From an uncultured Eubacteriales bacterium (GTDB lineage: Bacteria > Bacillota > Clostridia > Peptostreptococcales > Anaerovoracaceae), in contig USBT01000002.1 in NCBI GenBank assembly GCA_900553025.1, positions 4,318-68,317 on the forward strand: a stretch of 64,000 nt of DNA. The letters run 5' to 3'. The notes beneath the pieces were generated by a model. The model saw only the letters and a list, made by a program, of their open reading frames with translations, was not told the DNA's origin and did no database searches. Both the position numbers and the translations under genes were made by a program. This document shows positions 45,862 through 55,216 of this stretch, piece after piece (within the stretch, counting starts at the first letter, position 1; each line of letters opens with the position of its first letter).

Positions 45862-47085
45862 ATGTTAAAAGGGAAAAACGTAATCCTAGGTGTCACTGGA
45901 GGCATTGCGGCATACAAAATAGTTGGGCTGGCGAGTGCTCTTGTGAAGCAGGGGGCATCAGTCAATGTCTTGATGACAGAAGCGGCAACGCATTTTATCA
46001 CTCAGGATACTTTTGAAGCTATTACGAAAAACAAAGCGATTGTTGACACTTTTGATCGCAATTTTGAATATGAGGTTGAACATATTGCACTTGCGAAGAA
46101 GGCGGATATATTCTTGGTTGCGCCTGCGACGGCGAATACAATCGCTAAGCTCGCACACGGCATTGCTGACAATATGCTGACGACGACTTTTCTGGCTTGC
46201 ACATGTCCGAAGATGGTCGCACCTGCGATGAATACCGAAATGTATAATAACGAAGTTACGCAAGAGAACATGGATAAGCTAGAATCCATGGGTGTAACAG
46301 TGATTCCAGCGGATTCGGGTCGTCTGGCTTGTGGCGATACGGGTATCGGGAAGATGCCGGAGCCGGAGCTACTTCTTGCTTATATTGAAAAGGAGATAGC
46401 AAGAGAGAAGGATATGGAAGGGATGCACGTTCTTGTGACGGCTGGCGCGACGAAGGAGCCACTTGATCCTGTAAGATTTATAACTAATCATTCAACTGGC
46501 AAGATGGGTTTTGCCATTGTAAAGGAATGCATGCTAAGAGGAGCAAAGGTTGTGCTTTGCAAGGCCTCAACTTCTTCTACTCCACCTGAGTTTGTTGACA
46601 TCATTGATACGCCGACATCTGCAGAGATGTTTGAGGCGTGCAAGAGATATGGTAGAGGTGCTGACTTTATTATTAAGGCGGCGGCTGTGTCAGATTACAG
46701 ACCTGCTGAGGTAGCTGAAAACAAAATGAAGAAGAAGGATGGCGAACTTTCCATTAATCTTGAAAGGACGACAGACATCCTCAAATATCTCGGCGAGCAC
46801 AAGAGCCCTTCTCAGGTCATTTGTGGTTTTTCTATGGAAACCGAAAATCTGATAGAGAATTCAACGGCTAAGCTTCATAAGAAGAATGCTGACCTGATTG
46901 TAGCAAATAATTTGAAGGACAGCGGCGCTGGGTTTGGAACGGACACAAACCTTGTAACCCTTATAACAAAAGATGGCTATGAGAGTCTAGAACTTCTGAG
47001 CAAAGCAGATGTTGCAAAAAAAATTATCGATAAACTCATTGAAATTTCAAAGGTTAAGCATGGTGAATTGCCGCTCGAAGAATAA
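45862..47085 (+). CDS. coaBC: Bifunctional phosphopantothenoylcysteine decarboxylase/ligase
   Basis: GVTGGIAAYK, APATANTIAK.AHGIAD, PAMN, LACGD.G.GK, DPVRFITNHSTGKMG and AAVSDY. Confidence 0.97.
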   Translation: MLKGKNVILGVTGGIAAYKIVGLASALVKQGASVNVLMTEAATHFITQDTFEAITKNKAIVDTFDRNFEYEVEHIALAKKADIFLVAPATANTIAKLAHGIADNMLTTTFLACTCPKMVAPAMNTEMYNNEVTQENMDKLESMGVTVIPADSGRLACGDTGIGKMPEPELLLAYIEKEIAREKDMEGMHVLVTAGATKEPLDPVRFITNHSTGKMGFAIVKECMLRGAKVVLCKASTSSTPPEFVDIIDTPTSAEMFEACKRYGRGADFIIKAAAVSDYRPAEVAENKMKKKDGELSINLERTTDILKYLGEHKSPSQVICGFSMETENLIENSTAKLHKKNADLIVANNLKDSGAGFGTDTNLVTLITKDGYESLELLSKADVAKKIIDKLIEISKVKHGELPLEE

Positions 47086-47101
47086 TATTTTGTGCTAGAA
47101 G

Positions 47102-47169
47102 CAAATTGATTTTAGTGATAGCATCAAATTGATAGATATATTGAAAAAGCATGGTGTAAATGCTATACT
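47102..47169 (+). promoter_or_regulatory. Sigma-A promoter with an upstream direct repeat
   Basis: TTGAAA (47141-47146), 17 nt, TATACT with TG extension. CAAATTGAT occurs twice just upstream (47102-47110 and 47125-47133). Confidence 0.65.
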
Positions 47170-47199
47170 GATTCTAGAAGAAGTCACAAGGAGGACCAT

Positions 47200-47892
47200 A
47201 TGATTTATACAAAAGAGATTGAGGAGAAATGTATAGTCAACAAGGGAGCAAACCACGGCCCTGCTCCAATTCCTGAAGAGGGTAAATGGGTTAAGGCCAA
47301 GGATATTACAGATATTTCAGGGCTTACCCACGGTGTTGGCTGGTGTGCTCCACAACAGGGCGCATGTAAGTTAACTTTGAATGTAAAGGATGGAGTTATT
47401 CAGGAAGCTCTGATTGAATGTATCGGATGCTCGGGGATGACACACTCGGCAGCGATGGCAGGTGAAATTTTAACTGGAAAAACTATTCTTGAGGCGCTCA
47501 ATACGGACTTAGTCTGTGATGCTATTAATACAGCTATGAGAGAGTTGTTCCTTCAGATTGTTTATGGCAGAACGCAGTCGGCATTTTCTGAGGGTGGACT
47601 TGCTGTTGGGTCAGGTCTTGAGGACCTTGGAAAGAATATCAGAAGCCAGGTTGCAACAATATATTCTACTGACCTTAAGGGACCTAGGTATCTCGAGGTT
47701 GCTGAAGGATATGTAGTTGAGCAAGCTCTTGATGAAGAAAATAATATCATCGGCTACAAATATGTAAACTTAGGTAGGATGCTTGAGCTCATAAAGTCAG
47801 GGAAGCCACATAAGGAAGCTTTTGAGGAAGCTAGCGGCACCTATGGCAGATATGATGAGGCTGTTAAGTACATCGATCCAAGGCATGAATAG
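47200..47892 (+). CDS. IscU/NifU-N-like Cys-containing protein, partner of the GGGtGRT protein
   Basis: GWCAPQQGACKLTLNVK.G.I.EAL.E.IGCSGMTHSAAMA.EIL.GKT..EALNTDLVCDA resembles the IscU fold (C..., GC..S.A, GKT..EA, C). Confidence 0.7.
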   Translation: MIYTKEIEEKCIVNKGANHGPAPIPEEGKWVKAKDITDISGLTHGVGWCAPQQGACKLTLNVKDGVIQEALIECIGCSGMTHSAAMAGEILTGKTILEALNTDLVCDAINTAMRELFLQIVYGRTQSAFSEGGLAVGSGLEDLGKNIRSQVATIYSTDLKGPRYLEVAEGYVVEQALDEENNIIGYKYVNLGRMLELIKSGKPHKEAFEEASGTYGRYDEAVKYIDPRHE

Positions 47893-47903
47893 GAGGTAGA
47901 CTG

Positions 47904-48899
47904 ATGGTTAATTTTGAAAATTACGAAAGACGTATTGATAAGATTGAAAAGGTGATGTCTGAGCACGGGATAAAGGACCTTGAGGATGCTAGACAAATTT
48001 GTGTTGACAGAGGATTCGACCCTTTAGAGCTTGTTAGAGGCGTTCAGAGAATATGCTTTGATGACGCATGCTGGGCGTATACCCTAGGTGCAGCGATTGC
48101 CATCAAGAAGGGTGCACTTACTGCTGTTGAAGCAGCTAAGGCTATCGGTGAAGGCTTACAGGCTTTCTGTGTTCCTGGATCTGTTGCAGAGGATAGAAAA
48201 GTTGGAATCGGCCACGGGAACTTGGCATCAATGCTTCTGGATGAGAAGACCGAATGTTTCTGCTTCCTTGCGGGACATGAGTCTTTTGCAGCTGCAGAGG
48301 GTGCGATTGGTATCGCAAATTCTGCAAATAAAGTAAGGCAGAAACCGCTTAGAGTTGTTTTGAATGGACTCGGCAAAGACGCTGCACAGATTATTTCTAG
48401 AATCAATGGTTTTACTTATGTAGGAACAAAGTTTGATTATCATAGTGGAAACCTTGAGGTTGTTGAGGAAATTCAGTATTCAAAGGGCGAACATGGTAAG
48501 GTTAAGTGTTTTGGTGCTGATGATGTAAGAGAAGGTGTTGCGATAATGCACTATTCAGGCGTTGATATTTCGATTACTGGAAACTCAACCAATCCTACAA
48601 GATTTCAGCATCCGGTTGCAGGAACCTACAAAAAGGAAAAGCTTGAGAAGGGCGAGAAGTATTTTTCAGTAGCTTCTGGTGGAGGAACTGGAAGAACATT
48701 GCATCCTGACAACATGGCGGCAGGACCTGCTTCCTATGGTATGACGGATACAATGGGAAGAATGCACTCAGACGCTCAGTTTGCTGGAAGTTCATCAGTG
48801 CCAGCTCACGTTGAGATGATGGGCTTCATTGGAATGGGAAATAACCCTATAGTCGGAGCAACTGTGGCTATGGCGGTCGCTGTTCAAGAAGGCAAATAA
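47904..48899 (+). CDS. GGGtGRT-motif family protein (function unknown to me)
   Basis: 331 aa. Contains SVASGGGTGRTLHPDNM, FLAGHESFAAAEGAI and GRMHSDAQFAGSSSVPAHV. Confidence 0.88.
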   Translation: MVNFENYERRIDKIEKVMSEHGIKDLEDARQICVDRGFDPLELVRGVQRICFDDACWAYTLGAAIAIKKGALTAVEAAKAIGEGLQAFCVPGSVAEDRKVGIGHGNLASMLLDEKTECFCFLAGHESFAAAEGAIGIANSANKVRQKPLRVVLNGLGKDAAQIISRINGFTYVGTKFDYHSGNLEVVEEIQYSKGEHGKVKCFGADDVREGVAIMHYSGVDISITGNSTNPTRFQHPVAGTYKKEKLEKGEKYFSVASGGGTGRTLHPDNMAAGPASYGMTDTMGRMHSDAQFAGSSSVPAHVEMMGFIGMGNNPIVGATVAMAVAVQEGK

Positions 48900-48987
48900 A
48901 TTATTATTAATTTAAGTAAAAGAATTATATAGTAAACCTAATTAAAAATAGTAAGAAGTAATGATTAATTGTAAGGAAGATAGATAG

Positions 48988-49221
48988 ATGGAATATTTTT
49001 TGAGTCACATAGGATATATAATAATAGCGGCCTTAGTCATTGCAGGCATTGGATTTGCGCTTGTTTATTTTGGCGACAAAAATAGCGATGGACAGGGCGT
49101 TCAGGGCGGCTGTGGCATGGGATGTGCTGGCTGCGGATCTGCATCTTCCTGCGGTATTAATGAAGACGATATTAAAAAAATAGAACAAAATATTGCTTTA
49201 AGCGAGAGTAGCGAAAAGTAA
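48988..49221 (+). CDS. Small Cys-rich membrane protein (FeoB-associated-like)
   Basis: One TM helix followed by GGCGMGCAGCGSASSC; AAGGAAG RBS. Confidence 0.7.
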   Translation: MEYFLSHIGYIIIAALVIAGIGFALVYFGDKNSDGQGVQGGCGMGCAGCGSASSCGINEDDIKKIEQNIALSESSEK

Positions 49222-49254
49222 GAAAGCGTAAGACGCAGAAAGAGTAGGAACGTT

Positions 49255-50265
49255 ATGAAAAAGTTAATTGTTTTGGCGATTTCTATCGCTATGGTTTTGG
49301 GTATGGCTACAATGCTATCAGGCTGTGGTAACAAGGACAAGAGTGGCGACAAGAAGGACGGAAAGCCTGTAGTTGCGGTTGTTGTTGCTGATGGATTTGG
49401 GGACAGATCATTTTACGATTCTGCAAAGGCTGGTCTTGACAAGCTTACAGATGAGAAAATCATTGAGCCGATGACAATTGAGTGCAGAGGTGAAAACTTT
49501 GAACAGCAGATGAGAAATGCAGCTGATAAAGCAGACGTTATCATCCCTGTAGGTTGGCAGTTTGACGCAATTGAAAAGGTTGCAGCAGATTACCCTGATA
49601 AGAAGTTCGTATGGGTAGATAATGCAGGAAACAAGAATCATGACAACGTTCTTTATATTAACTATGCACAGAACGAAGGATCATACCTGGTTGGATATAT
49701 CGCAGCTAAGATGAGCAAGACTGGTACAATCGGAGCAGTTGGCGGCGTAGACCAGGATACTATCAATGACTTTATAGTTGGCTATGAACAAGGAGCAAAG
49801 AAAGCAAATCCTGATATCAAGGTAGTTAAGAATTATGTTGGCGACTTTGAGGACCCTGCAAATGGTAAGGAATGTGCACAGGCTCTTCATAACAAGGGTG
49901 CTGACGTAATCTTTGCAGTTGCTGGAAATTCAGGCTCAGGTGTAATCGAATCAGGTAAGGAGGACGGATATTTTGTTATCGGTGTTGACTCAGATCAGAA
50001 GTACATCGCTCCTGAAACAATTATTTGCTCAATGGTTAAAAATGTTGATAAGTCAATATACGATGTTGTTAAGGACTACGTTGAGAATGACAAGTTTGAA
50101 GGTAATCGTACTTGGGTAGCTGATATGGCAACTGGATTTATATCTGTTGCATATGGCGAAAAGGATGCTCCTCAGCAAATTTCAGATGATATCAAGAAGG
50201 AAGTTGAGGATATTCAAAAGCAGATTATTGACGGTGACATCAAGGTGGATACAGCTAGGAAGTAA
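49255..50265 (+). CDS. BMP-family ABC transporter substrate-binding lipoprotein (nucleoside/purine type)
   Basis: Lipobox LSGC; GFGDRSF...A..GL, EGSYLVG.IAA, F..GYEQGAK, GADVIF.VAG.SG.G and IGVDSDQ. Confidence 0.92.
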   Translation: MKKLIVLAISIAMVLGMATMLSGCGNKDKSGDKKDGKPVVAVVVADGFGDRSFYDSAKAGLDKLTDEKIIEPMTIECRGENFEQQMRNAADKADVIIPVGWQFDAIEKVAADYPDKKFVWVDNAGNKNHDNVLYINYAQNEGSYLVGYIAAKMSKTGTIGAVGGVDQDTINDFIVGYEQGAKKANPDIKVVKNYVGDFEDPANGKECAQALHNKGADVIFAVAGNSGSGVIESGKEDGYFVIGVDSDQKYIAPETIICSMVKNVDKSIYDVVKDYVENDKFEGNRTWVADMATGFISVAYGEKDAPQQISDDIKKEVEDIQKQIIDGDIKVDTARK

Positions 50266-50300
50266 GACTGCTGTTGTCAGATTTAATATGTGAAAGTGTA

Positions 50301-50332
50301 AAGGCTCCCTGCAGAGATGTTAGGGAGCTTTT
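50301..50332 (+). terminator. Hairpin after the BMP gene (partial terminator or mRNA stabiliser)
   Basis: aaggctccct...agggagcttt, immediately before the ATPase RBS. Confidence 0.55.
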
Positions 50333-50347
50333 AAGGAGTATGGTCTT

Positions 50348-51895
50348 TTGAAAACAAATAACATAGATAATATTGTAGAATTTAGGAATGTGTCCATGCA
50401 ATTTCCTGGAGTTTTGGCTAATGATGATGTAAGTCTTGGGATAAAATCTGGCGAGATATTTGCACTTGTTGGTGAAAACGGAGCTGGCAAAAGCACATTG
50501 ATGAATATTCTATATGGTATCAATAATCCTACAAGTGGAGAAGTATACATTAAGGGTAAGAAAGTAGATAATTTTAGTCCGACAGAAGCCATTGAAAATG
50601 GAATTGGCATGGTGCATCAACACTTTATGCTCGTTCCGTCATTTACGGTAGCTGAAAATATTGTGCTGAGCAAAGAACCTCGAAAAGCAGGCTTCATATA
50701 TAATCAGTCAAAGTCAATAGAGATTACAGAAAACTTAGTAAAAGAATATGGACTTCAGGTAAACCCAAGGGATATTGTAAGTGAAACAAGCGTAGGAATT
50801 CAGCAGAGAGTTGAAATTTTGAAAACCCTTTATCGAGGTGCGGATGTTCTCATACTTGATGAACCGACAGCTGTGCTCACTCCAAGTGAAACAAAAGAGC
50901 TTTTTGATGTAATTAGAAGAGTTGTTAAGGAACTCGGAATGACGGTGATAATAATCACACATAAACTCTATGAAGTTATGGCAATATCCGACAGAGTAGG
51001 CGTAATGAGACAGGGTAAGCTCGTAGGTGTAAACGAAACAAAAGATGTCGATGAAAAAAAACTTGCCTCAATGATGGTTGGTAGAGAAGTTCTTCTGGAA
51101 AAACTTGAAAAAACAAACAATTTTGGTAAGACAAAAATCAAGGTGGACAACCTATATGTTGCGGATAATCGAGGATTACCTTCTGTAAACGGCGTAAATT
51201 TTGAAATCAGAGAGGGCGAGATACTGGGGATAGCAGCAATCGAGGGTAACGGTCAAAGTGAACTTGTGGAAGCAATTACGGGACTTAGACATATCGAGTC
51301 GGGTCATGTTTATATAGAAGATAAAGATGCAACAGGACTAGATGCTAGACAAATAAGAAGTACGGGGGTTGCACACATTCCTGAGGATAGAATCAGTACT
51401 GGTGTCAGCGGTCCATCATCAATACTTGAAAATCTCATCATTGGAAAAGAGCGAAAAAGGGAGTTTTCGGTCAAGGGCATTCATCTGCGACAATCATCAA
51501 TAAGGCGCTATGCCGACGATTTGTTTAAAAAGTTCGACATAAGAGGAGCTGGAGTGGACACAAGGGTGGATTCGTTATCTGGTGGTAATATGCAGAAGGT
51601 TGTAGTCGCAAGAGAATTTTCATATGATACCCCGATACTTGTGATTTCACAGCCAACGAGGGGTGTTGATATTGGAGCGATGGAATTTATTCACAACAAA
51701 ATAGTCGAGAAGCGTAACAACGGCGCAGCTATTTTGCTTGTAAGTGCAGACCTCGACGAAGTTTTTAGACTAAGCGACAGGATAATAACTATGTATGAAG
51801 GCAGGATTACGGGAGAATTTAATTCTGGAGAAATAAGCAAGATGGAAATTGGTTATTATATGACTGGTGATAGGAGGGAAGGCAATGATGAATAA
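50348..51895 (+). CDS. Nucleoside/sugar (CUT2) ABC transporter ATP-binding protein, two ABC domains
   Basis: FPGVLAND, GENGAGKST, GMVHQHF, LDEPTAVL, HIPEDR, LSGGNMQK and QPTRGVD. Confidence 0.94.
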   Translation: MKTNNIDNIVEFRNVSMQFPGVLANDDVSLGIKSGEIFALVGENGAGKSTLMNILYGINNPTSGEVYIKGKKVDNFSPTEAIENGIGMVHQHFMLVPSFTVAENIVLSKEPRKAGFIYNQSKSIEITENLVKEYGLQVNPRDIVSETSVGIQQRVEILKTLYRGADVLILDEPTAVLTPSETKELFDVIRRVVKELGMTVIIITHKLYEVMAISDRVGVMRQGKLVGVNETKDVDEKKLASMMVGREVLLEKLEKTNNFGKTKIKVDNLYVADNRGLPSVNGVNFEIREGEILGIAAIEGNGQSELVEAITGLRHIESGHVYIEDKDATGLDARQIRSTGVAHIPEDRISTGVSGPSSILENLIIGKERKREFSVKGIHLRQSSIRRYADDLFKKFDIRGAGVDTRVDSLSGGNMQKVVVAREFSYDTPILVISQPTRGVDIGAMEFIHNKIVEKRNNGAAILLVSADLDEVFRLSDRIITMYEGRITGEFNSGEISKMEIGYYMTGDRREGNDE

Positions 51896-52958
51896 GCTAA
51901 AAGTCAATTATTCTTATATGATTTCACTAACCTTGAGTATTGTAATTGCCCTCCTAATAGGAGCAATACTTATAATCGCGACAGGTCATAATCCTTCAGA
52001 GGGCTATGGAGCAATGCTTGAGGGAGTTTTTGGGAATAGTAGGGTTCTCGGAAATACGATAGCCAAGTCACTAAACCTATGTCTTACTGCCCTTGCTATG
52101 GCTGTTGCAGCTAAGGCAGGAATGTTTAACGTAGGAGGAGAAGGGCAGTTATACCTTGGAGGTCTTGCAGCGACAATGGTTGGAGTTATATTTCAAGATT
52201 TGTCGCCTGTTGTGGTAATCCCATGTGCTCTGATTGCAGCTACAGTTGTTGGTGGTGCATTTGCGTGGATTCCTGCCTGGCTCAGGGTCAAACTCAATGT
52301 AAGTGAAGTAATTACAACGATAATGCTTAACTCTGCAGCTATTTTTTTCTGTAAATATCTTGTAAATGGACCGCTTAAATCCACAGAGAAGGGTGTAGTT
52401 GCAGCAACGGAGAATGTTTATGCATTCAAGATGGCACAGCTCATACCAGCTTCAAATCTTACGACTGCATTATTTTATTCAGCGGCGATAGCATTTGCAG
52501 TCTGGTATATCATGGGGAAGACGACAGCGGGTCTTGAAATGAAGGTTACCGGGGAGAATCCAAGATTCTCGGGTTTTGTTGGACTTAAAAAGGATAAAAT
52601 GATGATTTGGTCCATGATTGCTTCCGGTGCGATTTGCGGTATTGTTGGGATGATGGAGGTTTATGGAATACACGGCAGATTTACAGAGAACATAAGTAAT
52701 GAGTTCTATTTTGACGGGATGCTTCTAGCTATGATAATGAATTACAATCCATTTGGAATAATCGCAATGAGCTTTTTCTTTGGGATATTGAAAATTGGGG
52801 CATATGCCATGGAATTGTCAACTGGTATTTCGGGAGAAATTTCACAAATAATTTTTTCGATAATTATATTTCTAATGGCAGCTCAGTCTGGATTCAAGCA
52901 GTATTTTAGTAATAAATTATCTAAAAATAAGGTGAAGGGAGATACAAATAATGGATAA
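51885..52958 (+). CDS. Nucleoside ABC transporter permease 1
   Basis: GMFNVGGEGQLY.G and EVITTIMLN, multiple TM helices; start after AGGAGG. Confidence 0.92.
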   Translation: MMNKLKVNYSYMISLTLSIVIALLIGAILIIATGHNPSEGYGAMLEGVFGNSRVLGNTIAKSLNLCLTALAMAVAAKAGMFNVGGEGQLYLGGLAATMVGVIFQDLSPVVVIPCALIAATVVGGAFAWIPAWLRVKLNVSEVITTIMLNSAAIFFCKYLVNGPLKSTEKGVVAATENVYAFKMAQLIPASNLTTALFYSAAIAFAVWYIMGKTTAGLEMKVTGENPRFSGFVGLKKDKMMIWSMIASGAICGIVGMMEVYGIHGRFTENISNEFYFDGMLLAMIMNYNPFGIIAMSFFFGILKIGAYAMELSTGISGEISQIIFSIIIFLMAAQSGFKQYFSNKLSKNKVKGDTNNG

Positions 52959-53895
52959 ATTATCAGCAATTTTCACCCTAGGTTTATTCCAAAATACATT
53001 GAGGACAGCTACACCTGTTATACTTGCCGCTTTGGGAGGTCTTCTCACGGAGCAAGCAGGGATAATGAACATAGGTATGGAAGGCATGATGCTGATTGGA
53101 TGTTTTGCTGCGGTTGCGGTAAGTTATGCGATGGCAAATGCCCTTATGGGAGTGTTTGCAGCTGTAATGTGTGGCATCGTAATTGGAATTTTCTTTGCAG
53201 TATTTGTGGTTAAATTGAAGAGCGATGAATTTATAATAGGGATGGCACTAAATACATTTGCAGCTGGAACTACTGTTTTTCTACTGAGGTCAATCTTTGG
53301 TGTTAAGGGAACCTTCGCTGACAAGGGAATTGTGCCGCTACCAAGTGTAGAACTTGATTGGCTGCAAAGTATTCCAGTGATAGGGCCACTTTTAAATGGA
53401 CATTCAATATTTGTATATATAACTTGGATATTAGTTTTTCTGGTTTGGTTTCTTCTCTACAAAACACCTTACGGATTTTGGATAAGAGCCGCAGGTGAAC
53501 ATCCAGAATCCCTTAGGACTGCAGGGATAAATCCAGATAGAATGAAATTCGTATCAAGCATACTCTGTGGAGTCTTGTGCGGTTTTGCTGGGGCACACCT
53601 CTCACTAGGGTATCTTACTATGTTCGCTGAGGGCATGAGTGCAAATCGTGGTTTTATTGCATTCGCTTGTGTTATTTTTGGTATGGCAAATCCTCCGAAG
53701 GTATTTATGGCTGCTCTTTTGTTCGGATTTCTAAATGCTCTTGGCTTGAGATTGCAAAGCGTCGGAATACCTCCTGATATTACAGCGATGACACCTTATG
53801 TTGTTACTGTTTTGATGCTGATTTATATAATAACTACGGGCGAATCGAAAAAAAGACGAAGGGCTAGACGATTGGTTGAAGAAGAGAAGGCTTAG
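52951..53895 (+). CDS. Nucleoside ABC transporter permease 2
   Basis: ATPVILAALGG...E.AG..NIGMEGMML, RAAGEHP....TAGIN and RGFIA.A..IFG. Confidence 0.92.
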   Translation: MDKLSAIFTLGLFQNTLRTATPVILAALGGLLTEQAGIMNIGMEGMMLIGCFAAVAVSYAMANALMGVFAAVMCGIVIGIFFAVFVVKLKSDEFIIGMALNTFAAGTTVFLLRSIFGVKGTFADKGIVPLPSVELDWLQSIPVIGPLLNGHSIFVYITWILVFLVWFLLYKTPYGFWIRAAGEHPESLRTAGINPDRMKFVSSILCGVLCGFAGAHLSLGYLTMFAEGMSANRGFIAFACVIFGMANPPKVFMAALLFGFLNALGLRLQSVGIPPDITAMTPYVVTVLMLIYIITTGESKKRRRARRLVEEEKA

Positions 53896-53989
53896 ATGAG
53901 ATTTAAAAATAACATTTTGAATTTTGGATATCCTAGTTTATAATATCAGATACATTGACTTTTATAATTTAAAATAAGGGGGAGGGTTT

Positions 53990-55093
53990 ATGAAGAAGAA
54001 CAAAATAATTTTAACGACGCTACTTATAGTCATTGCGATGCTTGTCTTTACGGGCTGTAATGACGGCAACCTATATGAAAACAAAGATTTTTCAAATAAC
54101 ATGAAGCTTGGAAAGTACAAGGGCTTAAGTTATCAAAAGCCTGATACTAAGGTTAGTGATGAGCAGATACAGCAGTATATTGATTCAGATCTTGCTAGAC
54201 ACGCCACAAAAAAGAAGATAGAGGACAGCACTGTGGCAGTTGCTGACGGAGATTCGGTAAACATCAAATTTGTAGGTAAGGTTGACGGCAAGGAGTTTGA
54301 CGGAGGTAGCTCAGACAGCTTTAACCTGGTCATAGGACAGACTCCTATGATTGATGGCTTTTCAGAGGGCATAATCGGACATAAGGTAGGGGAAACTTTT
54401 ACTGAAAATCTTGCTTTCCCTGAAAACTACAATGCGAAAAAGCTAGCTGGAAAACCAGTTGTATTCGAGATAACGGTTAATTATATAGAGAAATCCGAAA
54501 AGCCTGAGCTTACGGATGAATGGGTTGCCAAGAATACTGAGTACAAAACAGTCGAGGAGTACAGGGCAGGTATCAGAGAAAAACTGGATATCCAGCTCCA
54601 ACAAAGCGTCAACGGCAGAATAAAGGATAGCTTGCTGACCCAGGTTATGCAGTCTACTAAATTCAAGAACGTTCCTGATAAGCTTGTGGACATAGAATAT
54701 GAGCGCAATCTTGATATTTTGGACAAAATAGTTCTATCAAAGCAGAAAATCAGTCTTAAGGATTACGCAAAATCAACTTTTGCTTCGGATAAAAGTGTTA
54801 AGGACCCTGAGAAGGAGCTTAAGAAAAAATTGCGAGAAGAGTCCAAGGAAATAGCTAAAAGAAAGATGGTTATCTACTCAATTGCAAAGAACGAGAATAT
54901 CGAGGTGACTGACAAAGATGCAGAGAAAATTTTCGATAGCACATTGAAAAACTTGAAAATGGACACAAAGAAGTTCGAAAAAGAGTACGATATGACTAAG
55001 AGCGAGGCTGTTGATTTATTCGATTATAAATATGCGGCACTTTATGATAAAGTGCTCGAAAAAGTCATAAAACTGGCTAAGGCTGACAAATAA
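53990..55093 (+). CDS. Lipoprotein trigger-factor-like chaperone (FKBP PPIase plus TF C-terminal domain, no ribosome-binding domain)
   Basis: Signal/lipobox MKKNKIILTTLLIVIAMLVFTGC, then KLGKYKGL, GD.VNI.FVGKVDGKEFDGG, IDGF..GIIG.KVGE, FPENY....LAGK.V.F.ITV, PELTDE and IAKNENIEVTD. Confidence 0.85.
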   Translation: MKKNKIILTTLLIVIAMLVFTGCNDGNLYENKDFSNNMKLGKYKGLSYQKPDTKVSDEQIQQYIDSDLARHATKKKIEDSTVAVADGDSVNIKFVGKVDGKEFDGGSSDSFNLVIGQTPMIDGFSEGIIGHKVGETFTENLAFPENYNAKKLAGKPVVFEITVNYIEKSEKPELTDEWVAKNTEYKTVEEYRAGIREKLDIQLQQSVNGRIKDSLLTQVMQSTKFKNVPDKLVDIEYERNLDILDKIVLSKQKISLKDYAKSTFASDKSVKDPEKELKKKLREESKEIAKRKMVIYSIAKNENIEVTDKDAEKIFDSTLKNLKMDTKKFEKEYDMTKSEAVDLFDYKYAALYDKVLEKVIKLAKADK

Positions 55094-55174
55094 ATTTAAC
55101 TCAATTCGGCTAAATTTGACTGAAAATATGGAATAAAACAGATTTAATAAAATACAAATGCATGCTATGCAAGG

Positions 55175-55216
55175 AACGCTATATTGATTGTAAATACAGT
55201 CGATGTAGCGTTTTTT
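55175..55216 (+). terminator. Intrinsic terminator
   Basis: aacgctatattgattgt / acagtcgatgtagcgtt long stem, followed by TTTT. Confidence 0.8.
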
